Source: Sporopachydermia quercuum
Lineage: Eukaryota
NCBI GenBank assembly: GCA_001599295.1
Contig: BCGN01000005.1
Location: 496,001 to 560,000 of the forward strand
Length of the DNA: 64,000 bases
Direction: 5' to 3'
Below are positions 24,078 through 33,859 of the stretch, piece after piece; the stretch's first letter is position 1; every line of letters starts with the position of its first letter. The translations under genes and the position numbers were made by a program. The notes beneath the pieces are model-generated. The model saw only the letters and a program-made list of their open reading frames with translations, was not told where the DNA came from and did not search any database.

Positions 24078-24095
24078 ACGCGTTCAGGTTCGCGT
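24078..24095. promoter_or_regulatory. MCB-like cell-cycle elements in the EXG1-YOX1 divergent region
   Basis: ACGCGT at 24078-24083 and TCGCGT at 24090-24095; further CGCG near 25073 and 25968. Confidence 0.4.
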
Positions 24096-25415
24096 TTACA
24101 GTCTGTAATTAAAGTTTAAATTAAAGTTTGAATAAATGAAATATCAACAATGTTGTCTAATCATTTTACCAGATTGGGAACAAATGAAATTAACATGAGT
24201 AGGTAATCTCAATTGATCTCGACAATTGACAGAAGAGACTATATGGTATGGAAAACAAATCAAGTATTCAACATCTTAATTGTTTACCAAGGATTGGGGA
24301 CGTACAATTCCAAACTGCCTAAGCATCACATTCTTTGGTATCTGTTTTACGTTGATCTTTCACATATACATCCGAATGAATCTGCCCTAAGCTTAAACAT
24401 TGTAGAGAACTCTTCAAATTAGAAGGGTCCCTCCAACCCATCCCTTTTTTTCAATTTTTCAGTTGATAAAGAACTATGTTTTATATTCCGATCGCATAAA
24501 TGTTCCCTATTGATAGCAACACCATGTCATTTAGTCCCAGACTAGTAAAAGTCTTCTTTCCCAAATCTCATTCTTTGACTCATGTCTCTACCTCTTGAGC
24601 TTGGGTTGAGGAACAGAAAATTGGTAAAGTTTTGATCCACTGATTAAAGTTTGCTGCATTTGCTCTAGCAGCAAAAATCATTCATGCAAAATTCCAATAG
24701 AATCGTGACTGATGTCTCAATGTTTTAATCAACTGTTGATCATGGAGTAGGAAAAAAGCAAGAAAGAGTTAAGATATTTGATTGCTAATCGTTTAGATAC
24801 AAGGAATCTAGTGCAAAAATTGTATTTGTATGTTGAAGAGTCAATTAATATTGAGCTTTCACGGTCCATGATTGGGGGGCAGCATATAAACTCTCTCTGA
24901 AAATACCCTAGAAGACCATTTCTTTGATAACAGGGCTAAAGCTATTGCTGAATTGTACTATTTCCTCTTCCAAACAAATAAAGTTGTTGCTACAATTATG
25001 GTAAAAACAGCTATAGCAAAGGTCTAACGTTACGGAATAATAGACATCATAGTATGTTGTTTGCATATTCTTCGCGTATCGACAATTGAAAAGCCAAACC
25101 TCCAATTACCTTTCTTAATTTGGAAAATATTCTTCGCACTATTTGTAGGGTATAAACTTTATTTTATTATTATTGATCCCTGACTTTCTTGAGAAATAAA
25201 TGAATCTAGAATGATGAGAGGATGTAAGGAAACTCCTATTGCTTGAGAAGAAGTGTGTTAATGTATTAAAAGATAGATGACTATTTGTTTCCTAAATAGA
25301 TTTCGCTTTTCGAGCAAAACCAGTCGAATTATTTCAACGCTCAATTGCATCCATCTTTTTCACACTCGATGTTCTCAACACTAAGTTTGGTTTCTATTCA
25401 ACAAATAATACCACT

Positions 25416-25431
25416 TAATTACCCAAAAGGG
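25416..25431 (+). promoter_or_regulatory. Homeodomain site TAATTA abutting an Mcm1/ECB-like site upstream of YOX1
   Basis: TAATTA-CCCAAAAGGG, ~600 bp upstream of the ATG. Confidence 0.45.
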
Positions 25432-26025
25432 ACCAATGTTTTCTGAAAGCAGCGCAAGCTAGTTTAGCTTTTAGTGGGAATTTCTTTAAACTTTATTTAG
25501 CGAGAGGAAATAGCGACTAGTAGTAAAACTTTAAAGGACCTATCAATTCTACGTGAAATGTATAATAGATCTGAACACCATCAACACAACAACAGAAGAT
25601 AGAAGGACGTGCATGTTGTCGAAAACGGTAAATTGATATAAAAAATAAGCACCAAAGTTTAGTAATTTGCCTTAAAGAAATCTAATTGATTCAATTTGGT
25701 GATTTTCACTCTAAATTGATTAAGCTTTACTACTTAGTCTGGTCATATATATACTGTTCAACTGCCCTTCTTATTTCGACCTCAATCTATTTCGTTTTGA
25801 CATCACTCATATCTTTATGATGTTGCCTGTTTCACTTTCATCAAGAAATAGTCAAACCATTTTCTTTCGCTAATTTTTCTTTCGAATATTGAACGTGGGA
25901 TTATTTGATGTGATTCGATCATTCAAATCTCATTCGCTCATTTAAGAAACAGAATCCTTTTTCACGACGCGCCTGTTTCTCGACTAAGGCGTTAAGTCAA
26001 CCAGAAAATAAAAACATAAATCGAA

Positions 26026-27354
26026 ATGTCTTTGCCAGCTTTAAGACCAACTTCATCACCAAGCAGACACGCTTTAAGAACACATAGATCATTAGCATCG
26101 CAAATTCCTTTGTCAAAGAGCGCGCAATTCGGTGGAATCTTGCCTCCTATTTCTTCACTTTTGAATTCATTACCTGAACCAATTCACTCATCTCCGACGG
26201 AAACACCTTTGAAACAGCCAATCTCTGTATCGACCGCTACATCATCATCCTTATCAACCAATACACCTTCATTTCATAGAAATGCTACATACCCTAGTTT
26301 AAACAAATTTTCACTATCAATTAAACTATCAAATACTTCATCATTGGTNCCTAGTGGCCCTTTATCGGCTCCTCTGCCGAAAATCGACGGTACATCAGTA
26401 GCAACTTCTACCGCCATTATCAATTCGACTTCTACTTCAGTCTTATCAACAACTCCAACCTCTGAACCAACTAACATAGAGGACTCTATTCCATCAAGTG
26501 TTACCTCATCTTTGTTTTCTGCTTCTACCAGAAAAAGTAGTGCTATCAACTCTTCGCCTCCTTCATCGCCTTCACCACCTTCGCCTTTACCGTCGACTAA
26601 ATCATTTGCATTTATCTCTCATTCATTGTCGACGTTTCCTTCACAAGCCCCGGAAATCGATGATGCTCAATTAGCAAGAAGGAAAAGACGACGAACATCT
26701 CCAAATGAATTGGGAATTCTTCAAAATGAATTCAACTTGAATCCCCGTCCTTCGAAATCAAAACGTATTGAGATTGCTAATAAAGTGTCAATGACAGAAA
26801 AAGCAGTACAGGTTTGGTTTCAAAATAGACGACAATCTCTAAGACGACATTCTTGTTCAGATGACTCTTTGTCTAACATCTCACCTGAACGTCTTACTTT
26901 TATTGAATCTGCTTTTACATCTAAGATCAATCAAGAAACTCCAACAAAGAGATCTAGTGAATTTCTCAATTTAAATGGGCATCCAGGCATGAATGATAAT
27001 ATTGGCACTAATACGAGTAGTATCAATGAATCTACTTCTTTGTCAGTTAATGAAAATCGTGCTGCCACCACCACTTCTCTTACAAAATATGATTCTGACT
27101 CAACTGATGTTGAAATCTCACCTTCACCCAAGAATCATGGTCTGAAGCTGATGATGTCTATTGATGGTAAGGCAATTGTTGCACCTCCATTAAGAAGATT
27201 AAATGATAATGATTTGAACAAGCCAAGAAATATTCACTTTGGTAGAAATAGCAGCAATACCAATTCTTTTAATCACAAGAAGCACACCAAAACTGGTTCC
27301 GTTACTGCCTTAGAATGTGTGGAAAATTTATTATCATTGAGGTCAGCAAAATGA
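26026..27354 (+). CDS. YOX1: Homeodomain transcriptional repressor, Yox1/Yhp1 family
   Basis: [33 protein letters not shown]...[13 protein letters not shown] and C-terminal [11 protein letters not shown]. Confidence 0.9.
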   Translation: MSLPALRPTSSPSRHALRTHRSLASQIPLSKSAQFGGILPPISSLLNSLPEPIHSSPTETPLKQPISVSTATSSSLSTNTPSFHRNATYPSLNKFSLSIKLSNTSSLXPSGPLSAPLPKIDGTSVATSTAIINSTSTSVLSTTPTSEPTNIEDSIPSSVTSSLFSASTRKSSAINSSPPSSPSPPSPLPSTKSFAFISHSLSTFPSQAPEIDDAQLARRKRRRTSPNELGILQNEFNLNPRPSKSKRIEIANKVSMTEKAVQVWFQNRRQSLRRHSCSDDSLSNISPERLTFIESAFTSKINQETPTKRSSEFLNLNGHPGMNDNIGTNTSSINESTSLSVNENRAATTTSLTKYDSDSTDVEISPSPKNHGLKLMMSIDGKAIVAPPLRRLNDNDLNKPRNIHFGRNSSNTNSFNHKKHTKTGSVTALECVENLLSLRSAK

Positions 27355-27618
27355 TGTTACGATTAATGTACTATTACTAAGTTTAATTCGTCAGGATACA
27401 AATGATATTTATGAACAAGATAAAAAATAAATTATGCATATATCTAGAAAGAAATAACTGACGTAAGGAAGAAAGTTAAGTATGTAGGATTTGATTTTGG
27501 ACGCGAACAATCAACCTTTTGGTTTGTGGTAGACACTAGTATTAACTTTCAGTTGTAGAAGGAGTAGTCGTCGAGCTCTCGTAGCTTTTTCTTTATATGC
27601 CATTGGAAAGTGACTGTC

Positions 27619-27738
27619 TTAAGCGATAACACATTGGGGAACATAGAATGGTCCAATCATGATATTATCTTTGGGAGCTTCATTGTCCTTAGGGGCAGCA
27701 GAGGAAGCAGCAGTAGAAGTGGTGAAAGAAGATTGCAT
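27619..27738 (-). CDS. MFA1: a-factor mating pheromone precursor, copy 1 (39 aa): MQSSFTTSTAASSAAPKDNEAPKDN-IMIGPFYVPQ-CVIA
   Basis: Hand-translated; too short for the ORF track. C-terminal CAAX CVIA, KDN before a hydrophobic mature peptide, S/T/A-rich pro-region, AAAATG start context and a near-identical paralog at 30005. Confidence 0.93.
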   Translation of the reverse strand: MQSSFTTSTAASSAAPKDNEAPKDNIMIGPFYVPQCVIA

Positions 27739-28083
27739 TTTGACTGATTTAAGAATCTGATTGGTATTTCAATAAACGAATTTGTTTAGCTTGTGTATTG
27801 ATTTGTTCTGTTGTTGATGCTTAGTTATTTTGGTTGATTGTTTGCTTGAAAATAGTGTTAGAAATGATTTTGGTAGTCGTTTAAAGAAGGAAGGACTTAC
27901 TGGTTTATATAAATTTATAACAAGGTGAAAATCTCAAGTTTGAAAAAGCAAAACATTATTTTTTTAGATTCTGAAACATTAAAAGAATAAAAGTTTTCAA
28001 TTTAGGATACAGCAGAGGCTTATCTGCTATTGCTGATGAGAATGGATCAGAGCATCAGAACTTATTAATGATTTTCATATGCC

Positions 28084-28106
28084 CATTGTGTAATACCGAT
28101 TAGGAA
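28084..28106 (-). promoter_or_regulatory. Putative a2-Mcm1 operator upstream of a-factor copy 1
   Basis: CATTGTG-taat-ACCGATTAGG-AA, ~350 bp upstream. PREs TGAAACA at 27972-27978 and TGAAACG at 28237-28243. Confidence 0.7.
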
Positions 28107-28750
28107 TGTGAAAGTTTTAAAGTTGAGAGATAATTTTTAAGTTGTAGTGTTTAATTTTGATTTCATTCTTAGTTAGCTATCTAGTTCTTAGAACACTTGA
28201 TTTATCACCTTTTCATTAAGATTGAAATTAAAGATTTGAAACGTTGCACTCATCTTATATTGAGATCACTTAATTTAGGACCAAAACATTTNGTTCTTTC
28301 TGTATCTCACTATAACTTATAAGACTACAATAATGAAGACAGACGAGTTGTCGAACTATGAATCTAGCATCTGATCTCATAATTGAATGCCCTGTTATGA
28401 GACACACTATTTTATTTTTNCTACTACTAGTACCTCAACTTGCAACCTGGTATGAGACACAATTTATTCACCGTTTTCCAGACCACCCAAACACCCATTG
28501 TTTTTCATCATCCAAGCAGATTTTTCAGTTCATGTTGGTTGATTACCACTATGTACTTTCTATGTATCAGCATCTTTTGTGTTATCGTTCTACAACCTAT
28601 AGTACATTTGCTGTTTGCCAATTCCGTCTACTAGTTACTTCGTAATATATAGTTAGGAGGTAGTCTTAACTAGTTTCAACCATCGTTTGTATTTGGGTGT
28701 TTGTATTTGGGTTTTTGTTGAAACCAAGAAATAGAAGAAACTAGTTCAAG

Positions 28751-29584
28751 ATGTTTCGACAAGTTTTCAGCAAATCAACATCTTGTGTGTCAAGAGTGCT
28801 ATCTAGATCATTAGCTACAGTTGCTGAAGCCTCATCTGTTACTGAAGTTCTTCCCAATGCTAAAGGTATGTTTTTAGTTTTGTGAGCACTTAACTGAATC
28901 ATAGGTATTCTAACATTCTTTTCAGATGCTCCTAGATATGTGTTAACTCAAGTACGGGAATTTCCTTCATTAGAACCTCAAGCCTTTCAACCAGTTGCAG
29001 CAGATGTGCTACACTTACCTCTTCGTCGAGATGTTTTATGGAAAGCAGCTGTTCATGAAGCTGATTGTGATCGTGTAGGATCTTCTAATCCTCCAGGTAG
29101 AAGTGATATGGGTTACAGTAGAAAGAAGCTAAGGCCTCAAAAAGGCTCTGGTAGAGCTCGTATGGGTGATAGAGGATCTCCGACAAGACACGATGGTGGT
29201 AGAGCATTAGCTAGAACAGCTCCCAACGACTATACCACTAAACTNCCAAATAAAGTATACAACTTGGCATTAAGGACAGCTCTAAGTTATCATTACCGGA
29301 GAAACACATTATTTGTCATTGGAAATGAAACAGGCGCTGAATTGCCAACGTCAGATGAGGTTGCAGGCGAATACTTTTTAGATTTCCACAAACTAAGGAA
29401 ACTGAATGTGTTATTCATTGTTGATACAGAAAGAATCAACTTGCATAAAGCAACTTTGGGTTCAAAGACTAAAGTTGATATCATTCAAAAAGAAGAAGTA
29501 GAGGTCCGGGATATATTAAGAGCAAATAGAGTCTTTGTCGAATTATCTACTTTGGAATGGTTTGGAGAAACCCGGGAGGCATGA
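28751..29584 (+). CDS. YML6: Mitochondrial ribosomal protein uL4m; exon 1 28751-28865, intron 28866-28925, exon 2 28926-29584; 257 aa
   Basis: [15 protein letters not shown] and [35 protein letters not shown] motifs. GTATGT donor, TTCTAAC branch and CAG acceptor join an in-frame mitochondrial presequence ([24 protein letters not shown]). Confidence 0.93.
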
Positions 29585-30004
29585 ACATTTCGGATTCATT
29601 CGTGTATATATACTTAATAAACCAAACTGTATGAACTAATTGGTGTTTATTCTCTGTTTGTAAGTTTTATTCATTTATTATATGACCTGACAACGTTTAG
29701 GATGGACTATGAAAGTCATAGTGCAAAAACTGATGAGAGCTTGCAGTATTCATTTGTATCATTTGAAAGTTTGACTACTATAATTACGGCAGATTTTCGT
29801 ATCAAATTTGATTATCTTTGAATAAACAGTGAAAAAAGAAAACTATCAAGTAGAAGAAAAGGGTTGTGTTGCCATGTTGAACAATATGCTGATGCACAGC
29901 TTCGAAATGAAATGTTGAATTCTGTTGTTTGTAAATGCCACAATTTGATAATGAAATTTTGCAATTTAGACCAAACCAAGAACAGAAATAAGCATAAGCA
30001 ATAA

Positions 30005-30124
30005 TTAAGCAATGACACATTGAGGAACATAGAATGATCCAATCATGATATTATCTTTGGGGGCTTCATTGTCCTTAGGGGCAGCAGAGGAAGCAGCCGT
30101 AGAAGTGGTGAAAGAAGGTTGCAT
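30005..30124 (-). CDS. MFA2: a-factor mating pheromone precursor, copy 2 (39 aa): MQPSFTTSTAASSAAPKDNEAPKDN-IMIGSFYVPQ-CVIA
   Basis: Hand-translated. 113/120 nt identical to copy 1 (5 synonymous, 2 nonsynonymous differences). MQP start and CVIA end as in S. cerevisiae a-factor. PREs at 30329-30335 and 30386-30392. Confidence 0.93.
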   Translation of the reverse strand: MQPSFTTSTAASSAAPKDNEAPKDNIMIGSFYVPQCVIA

Positions 30125-30779
30125 TTTGACTGATTTAGATTTTGTTCGTGATTTATTATTGTTTGTATAAACGTGAGTAAGCTGTAACTGTTTAGATATT
30201 CTATGGTAGATTGTTGGATGATAATAGCATAAAGGTTCTGAATCTGATCAGAAAATGTTTGATGCTGGAGAGATTGTGTTCTCCTTATATATTCTCATCT
30301 GAAGTCTGAGTTCCCTGTAAACCAACTCTGAAACATAGAAATTATCTAGTTCAATGATAGTAGTTTATCAATTTATTTCTTAGTTTGTTTCAAATACTAA
30401 AACATTTTGATAGATGAGCTTTTGTCAATCTTTATCATCATTTGATATTCTATTTTTTTGATAGGGAAGAAATAATTAGTGCAACTTAAGGTTTAGCTAA
30501 GTTCTATAATAAATTTTGTTTTAAGAGAAAAGAAACAAACGCGAACAGTTCATTCCACAGGGCAAATTATATATAGTATAGTATCTGGTGATTGAGTTGA
30601 GCTAAAACAAAAAAAGGCCTATTTAGTTTAATAGTTGCAACTACAGAAGAGCAGTGAGAAGGCAATATTATCTCAAGCTAAGAGTACATAAACAGAGAAC
30701 TTAATGCCCACTTCCTCATTGCCTAGTTTGAGATTAAGTTCTCCCTACTTTTTCAATTACCCAATATAGAATTATAGTT

Positions 30780-30811
30780 CGTTGTGCTCTCCGCATTAGG
30801 ATTGAACAATG
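30780..30811. promoter_or_regulatory. Symmetric a2-Mcm1-a2-like operator upstream of a-factor copy 2
   Basis: CGTTGTG-ctct-CCGCATTAGG-attg-AACAATG; the right arm is the reverse complement of CATTGTT at the same 4-nt spacing. Confidence 0.6.
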
Positions 30812-31159
30812 GGCTTCTATAACACGTTAATTTCCGTATCAAAGCATTAGTTTCGAGACTACCATAAAGAAATTAATAAAGGTATTAGAAAAAAGAATGA
30901 AAGAATAGCACTTTACAGTGGTTGCATGTTGATTGGTTGATTGAAATCCAAGTCCTTGTGGAACTTAACGGTGCCAGATTGATGGCTTGGAAACATGTTT
31001 AGTGTTTGAATCAGAGGAAACGGCACGAATTTCCTTTTCTATTTTATAATAAAAATTCCAGTATTGGAAGCTGCACAATTCGCTTCACAATAGAGTAGAA
31101 GAACTAGTTTTTGAAATTTTCGGTGGCATACCTGAATAATCATGAACATATTATTTAGG

Positions 31160-31184
31160 AGTAGTAGTAGTAGTAGTAGTAGTA
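31160..31184. repeat. (AGT)n microsatellite
   Basis: agtagtagtagtagtagtagtagta. Confidence 0.8.
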
Positions 31185-32010
31185 AATAAGAAACTCAACG
31201 ACAAATTGACAATGAGGTTCTCAGAAGCAGCTGCTTAAATTTGAAACTCTACTCCCACCGGTAATACACTACAGCCTGTACAAAGATTATAAATGACATA
31301 TAGTGCTACATTAAAAGAGATAAAATCACCTGAAGTATACTAAGTAGAAAACCAAAAACCCAACCAATCAATAACCACCAAGATTCATCATCTCATATAA
31401 TAGCGGAAAAGCACAGTACTATATTCAACGTTTTCTGCACATTGTTTTACGAAATAATTATTGCTTACTAAAGAAACAAAAAAAAAACACTCTGATTACT
31501 GTCCAGAGATACTTGTCAGTAGTCACCATTCCTCAACAAAGAAGAGCGTCTCATGTACTACTCAAATATAAGACTATAGCAGTAGCAGATCTAGAAAGCT
31601 CACTTGAACAAGTAATCATATTTTTAACTCACAATGTGTAACTATCCCCACATAAAGCTAATATTGTAGATATTTATAATTCTTTCACTCAATTGTGATA
31701 TCTTTTCAAATCTCAAAAAATTTGATATGATACCAGCAATTATATTTAATAATTCGCTCTACAGCTTAAAGTGAATCGAAGGAGTAAATCCGGATAAAAC
31801 GTTGTTTCTAACAGTAACCTTGATTGAAATCAAACCTTACCATAGTTGACAAAAGGAAAACCCCAGTTAGATAAATGGCAGTATGAGAAAATGAAAGAGA
31901 GACAAGATGTATAAGAAAACAGTAATCATTGATACATGAATTAGAGCCACCATTCACTGGAACATCAGCTACTCTATTGAGAGAGAAAGAATTCATCAAG
32001 AAGTAGATAA

Positions 32011-32101
32011 TTAGCAAATGACGCATTGAGGAACATAAATTAGTTCAATTATGATTTATCCCAGAGGAAGCAGCAGTAGAAGTGGCGAAAGCAGGTTTCA
32101 T
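32011..32101 (-). pseudogene. Degenerate third a-factor copy (internal deletion plus frameshift)
   Basis: The ATG frame reads MKPAFATSTAASSGINHN*. A different frame gives IIIELIYVPQCVIC*. ATG-to-stop distance is 91 nt, and the APKDNEAPK segment is missing. Confidence 0.8.
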
Positions 32102-32671
32102 TTTGATTTAGTTGAGTTTCCTTGAGATTTGAGTGTAAGCGAGTGCTGAGCTATGCTTATTGTTGATTTGATGTTTATTAGTTTTCAGTTTTGTTCAAAG
32201 GAACGAAAAAACTGAAGCAGGAATGACCATNGATAAGTCACCCTCTTGTATACTTTTATCGTCAGATAATCCTGTTTTAAAACAGTCAAAATTAGCCTTT
32301 CGTCAATTTCGATATCAAATTCTCCTGTAATGTGAAATGAGGTCTTTCCAATACAGTAATCGGAAAGATTCACTTTCATCATTCTTACGATGGCAGAGCA
32401 AATTTAGAGTTCAGGAAGAAGAACTTTAATCTCAATAAAACGAGCTAGTGTAATTAAAGTTCACACTCACAACTGAAACTTCATTCGCAAGACTTCCTCA
32501 TTAAGATCAATCAATGAAGTATCGAAGCAAGTCAAATCAGGTCTTGCACTAATTTCTTTCATGGCAGGCAGGTTTCACTAAAATCTTTCCGATTCTAATG
32601 ATGAGAGTAATAAACTGTTTGAATGTTTGAAACCACTATAATTGTTTCTCGGTTCATTGTGTCAGGTCCGT

Positions 32672-33859
32672 TTATCGTCTCAGAAGTAAGTAAAGTAATG
32701 ATGCACATGTGATAACAACTGCAGCTCCTCTGGCAGTAGAACAGTAGAGTATTGTTCCTATTGACCAATCAACAACATTGCTGAGAGGAACTCTATATTT
32801 TAATGGCACTAATTCAACTCTAACATGATTATCTGCTTCAAAACATGACTCTTCGGGAACATTGATTATAGAATAAACTGGTTTGTGATCTGAATACTCA
32901 ACATCTGGTATTGAATTGTAGGTAATTAAACATTCGTCAGGATAATTGAAATGCAATATTCTGTCGCAGTATGAAGGTATCCTTCTTAAATCGTAGGTCT
33001 GTGTATACGGTGAGAATTTATAAGTTGGTTTAAACCTGATTCGCTGTTCAATCAAATTATAGTTGGTGAATGACAAATACCGGGTTAGTTCATCATATGA
33101 CTCGAAATTTTCTATGGNAAAGGTAGACGTATCGGACTTGTTATTACACCACCCTAGATATTCGCTCAATGGTGTACTACTAATAAATTCATCGTCAGCT
33201 TCATTCATATCATTTTCTTCAACAGGCAATGCCATTCTATAATTCAAATCACCTAATATGAACAAGTGCTCGGTCTCAAATATACTTGAGCCACCTGTGT
33301 TCAAATGATGTGACAATTCGGCAAAGTCCTCATTACGTTTTTGAAAATTCTTTGCTCCTTCATTAGCTGACAAGTGAGCAGCAACAAACGTTAATGTTGT
33401 TGATTTTCTTTGGATTCGCATTGCTACTGCACATTTCATAGATGAATTACAGTACCCAAATGGCAATACTCCATTACTAATGGAATTCAGTCTGATCAGT
33501 TCGGGTTTTGTTGTGAATACAAGTAATAGAACTGCCCCTCGAGTGACAGAATCTACTAAGAAGAAATTTGTAACTGATATATCTTCATCATCAGAATACC
33601 TTTGGTTCAGCGTTTCTCTTACTAAGTTTTCATATTCTTTCGCTACTGCAGATGCGATGAAAGAAAAACATGAATTCAGTATGCTCGTTGTTTCTTCGAA
33701 TGCGAAGACCAAAATTTCCGGATCCGTTGGTAATGTAGGACATACGTTATCAATGAATAATTCACGATTGTCTGTTGTTAATGGCTGCTTAGCACAGTTG
33801 AATGTCAACAAATATAAGGGAAACATTGTCTTGTGATCAACGACAGCTGAACAAAACAT
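32672..33859 (-). CDS. INP54: Tail-anchored inositol polyphosphate 5-phosphatase
   Basis: LYLLTFNCAK, FVAAHLSANEG, LFILGDLNYR, FKPTYKF, RIPSYCDRIL and SDHKPV motifs; C-terminal hydrophobic anchor. Confidence 0.9.
   Translation of the reverse strand: MFCSAVVDHKTMFPLYLLTFNCAKQPLTTDNRELFIDNVCPTLPTDPEILVFAFEETTSILNSCFSFIASAVAKEYENLVRETLNQRYSDDEDISVTNFFLVDSVTRGAVLLLVFTTKPELIRLNSISNGVLPFGYCNSSMKCAVAMRIQRKSTTLTFVAAHLSANEGAKNFQKRNEDFAELSHHLNTGGSSIFETEHLFILGDLNYRMALPVEENDMNEADDEFISSTPLSEYLGWCNNKSDTSTFXIENFESYDELTRYLSFTNYNLIEQRIRFKPTYKFSPYTQTYDLRRIPSYCDRILHFNYPDECLITYNSIPDVEYSDHKPVYSIINVPEESCFEADNHVRVELVPLKYRVPLSNVVDWSIGTILYCSTARGAAVVITCASLLYLLLRR

Noticed and set aside
31808..32026. 72-aa ORF in the track overlapping the third pheromone copy
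   Set aside because: It starts at an out-of-frame ATG within the pseudogene tail and has no recognisable features.
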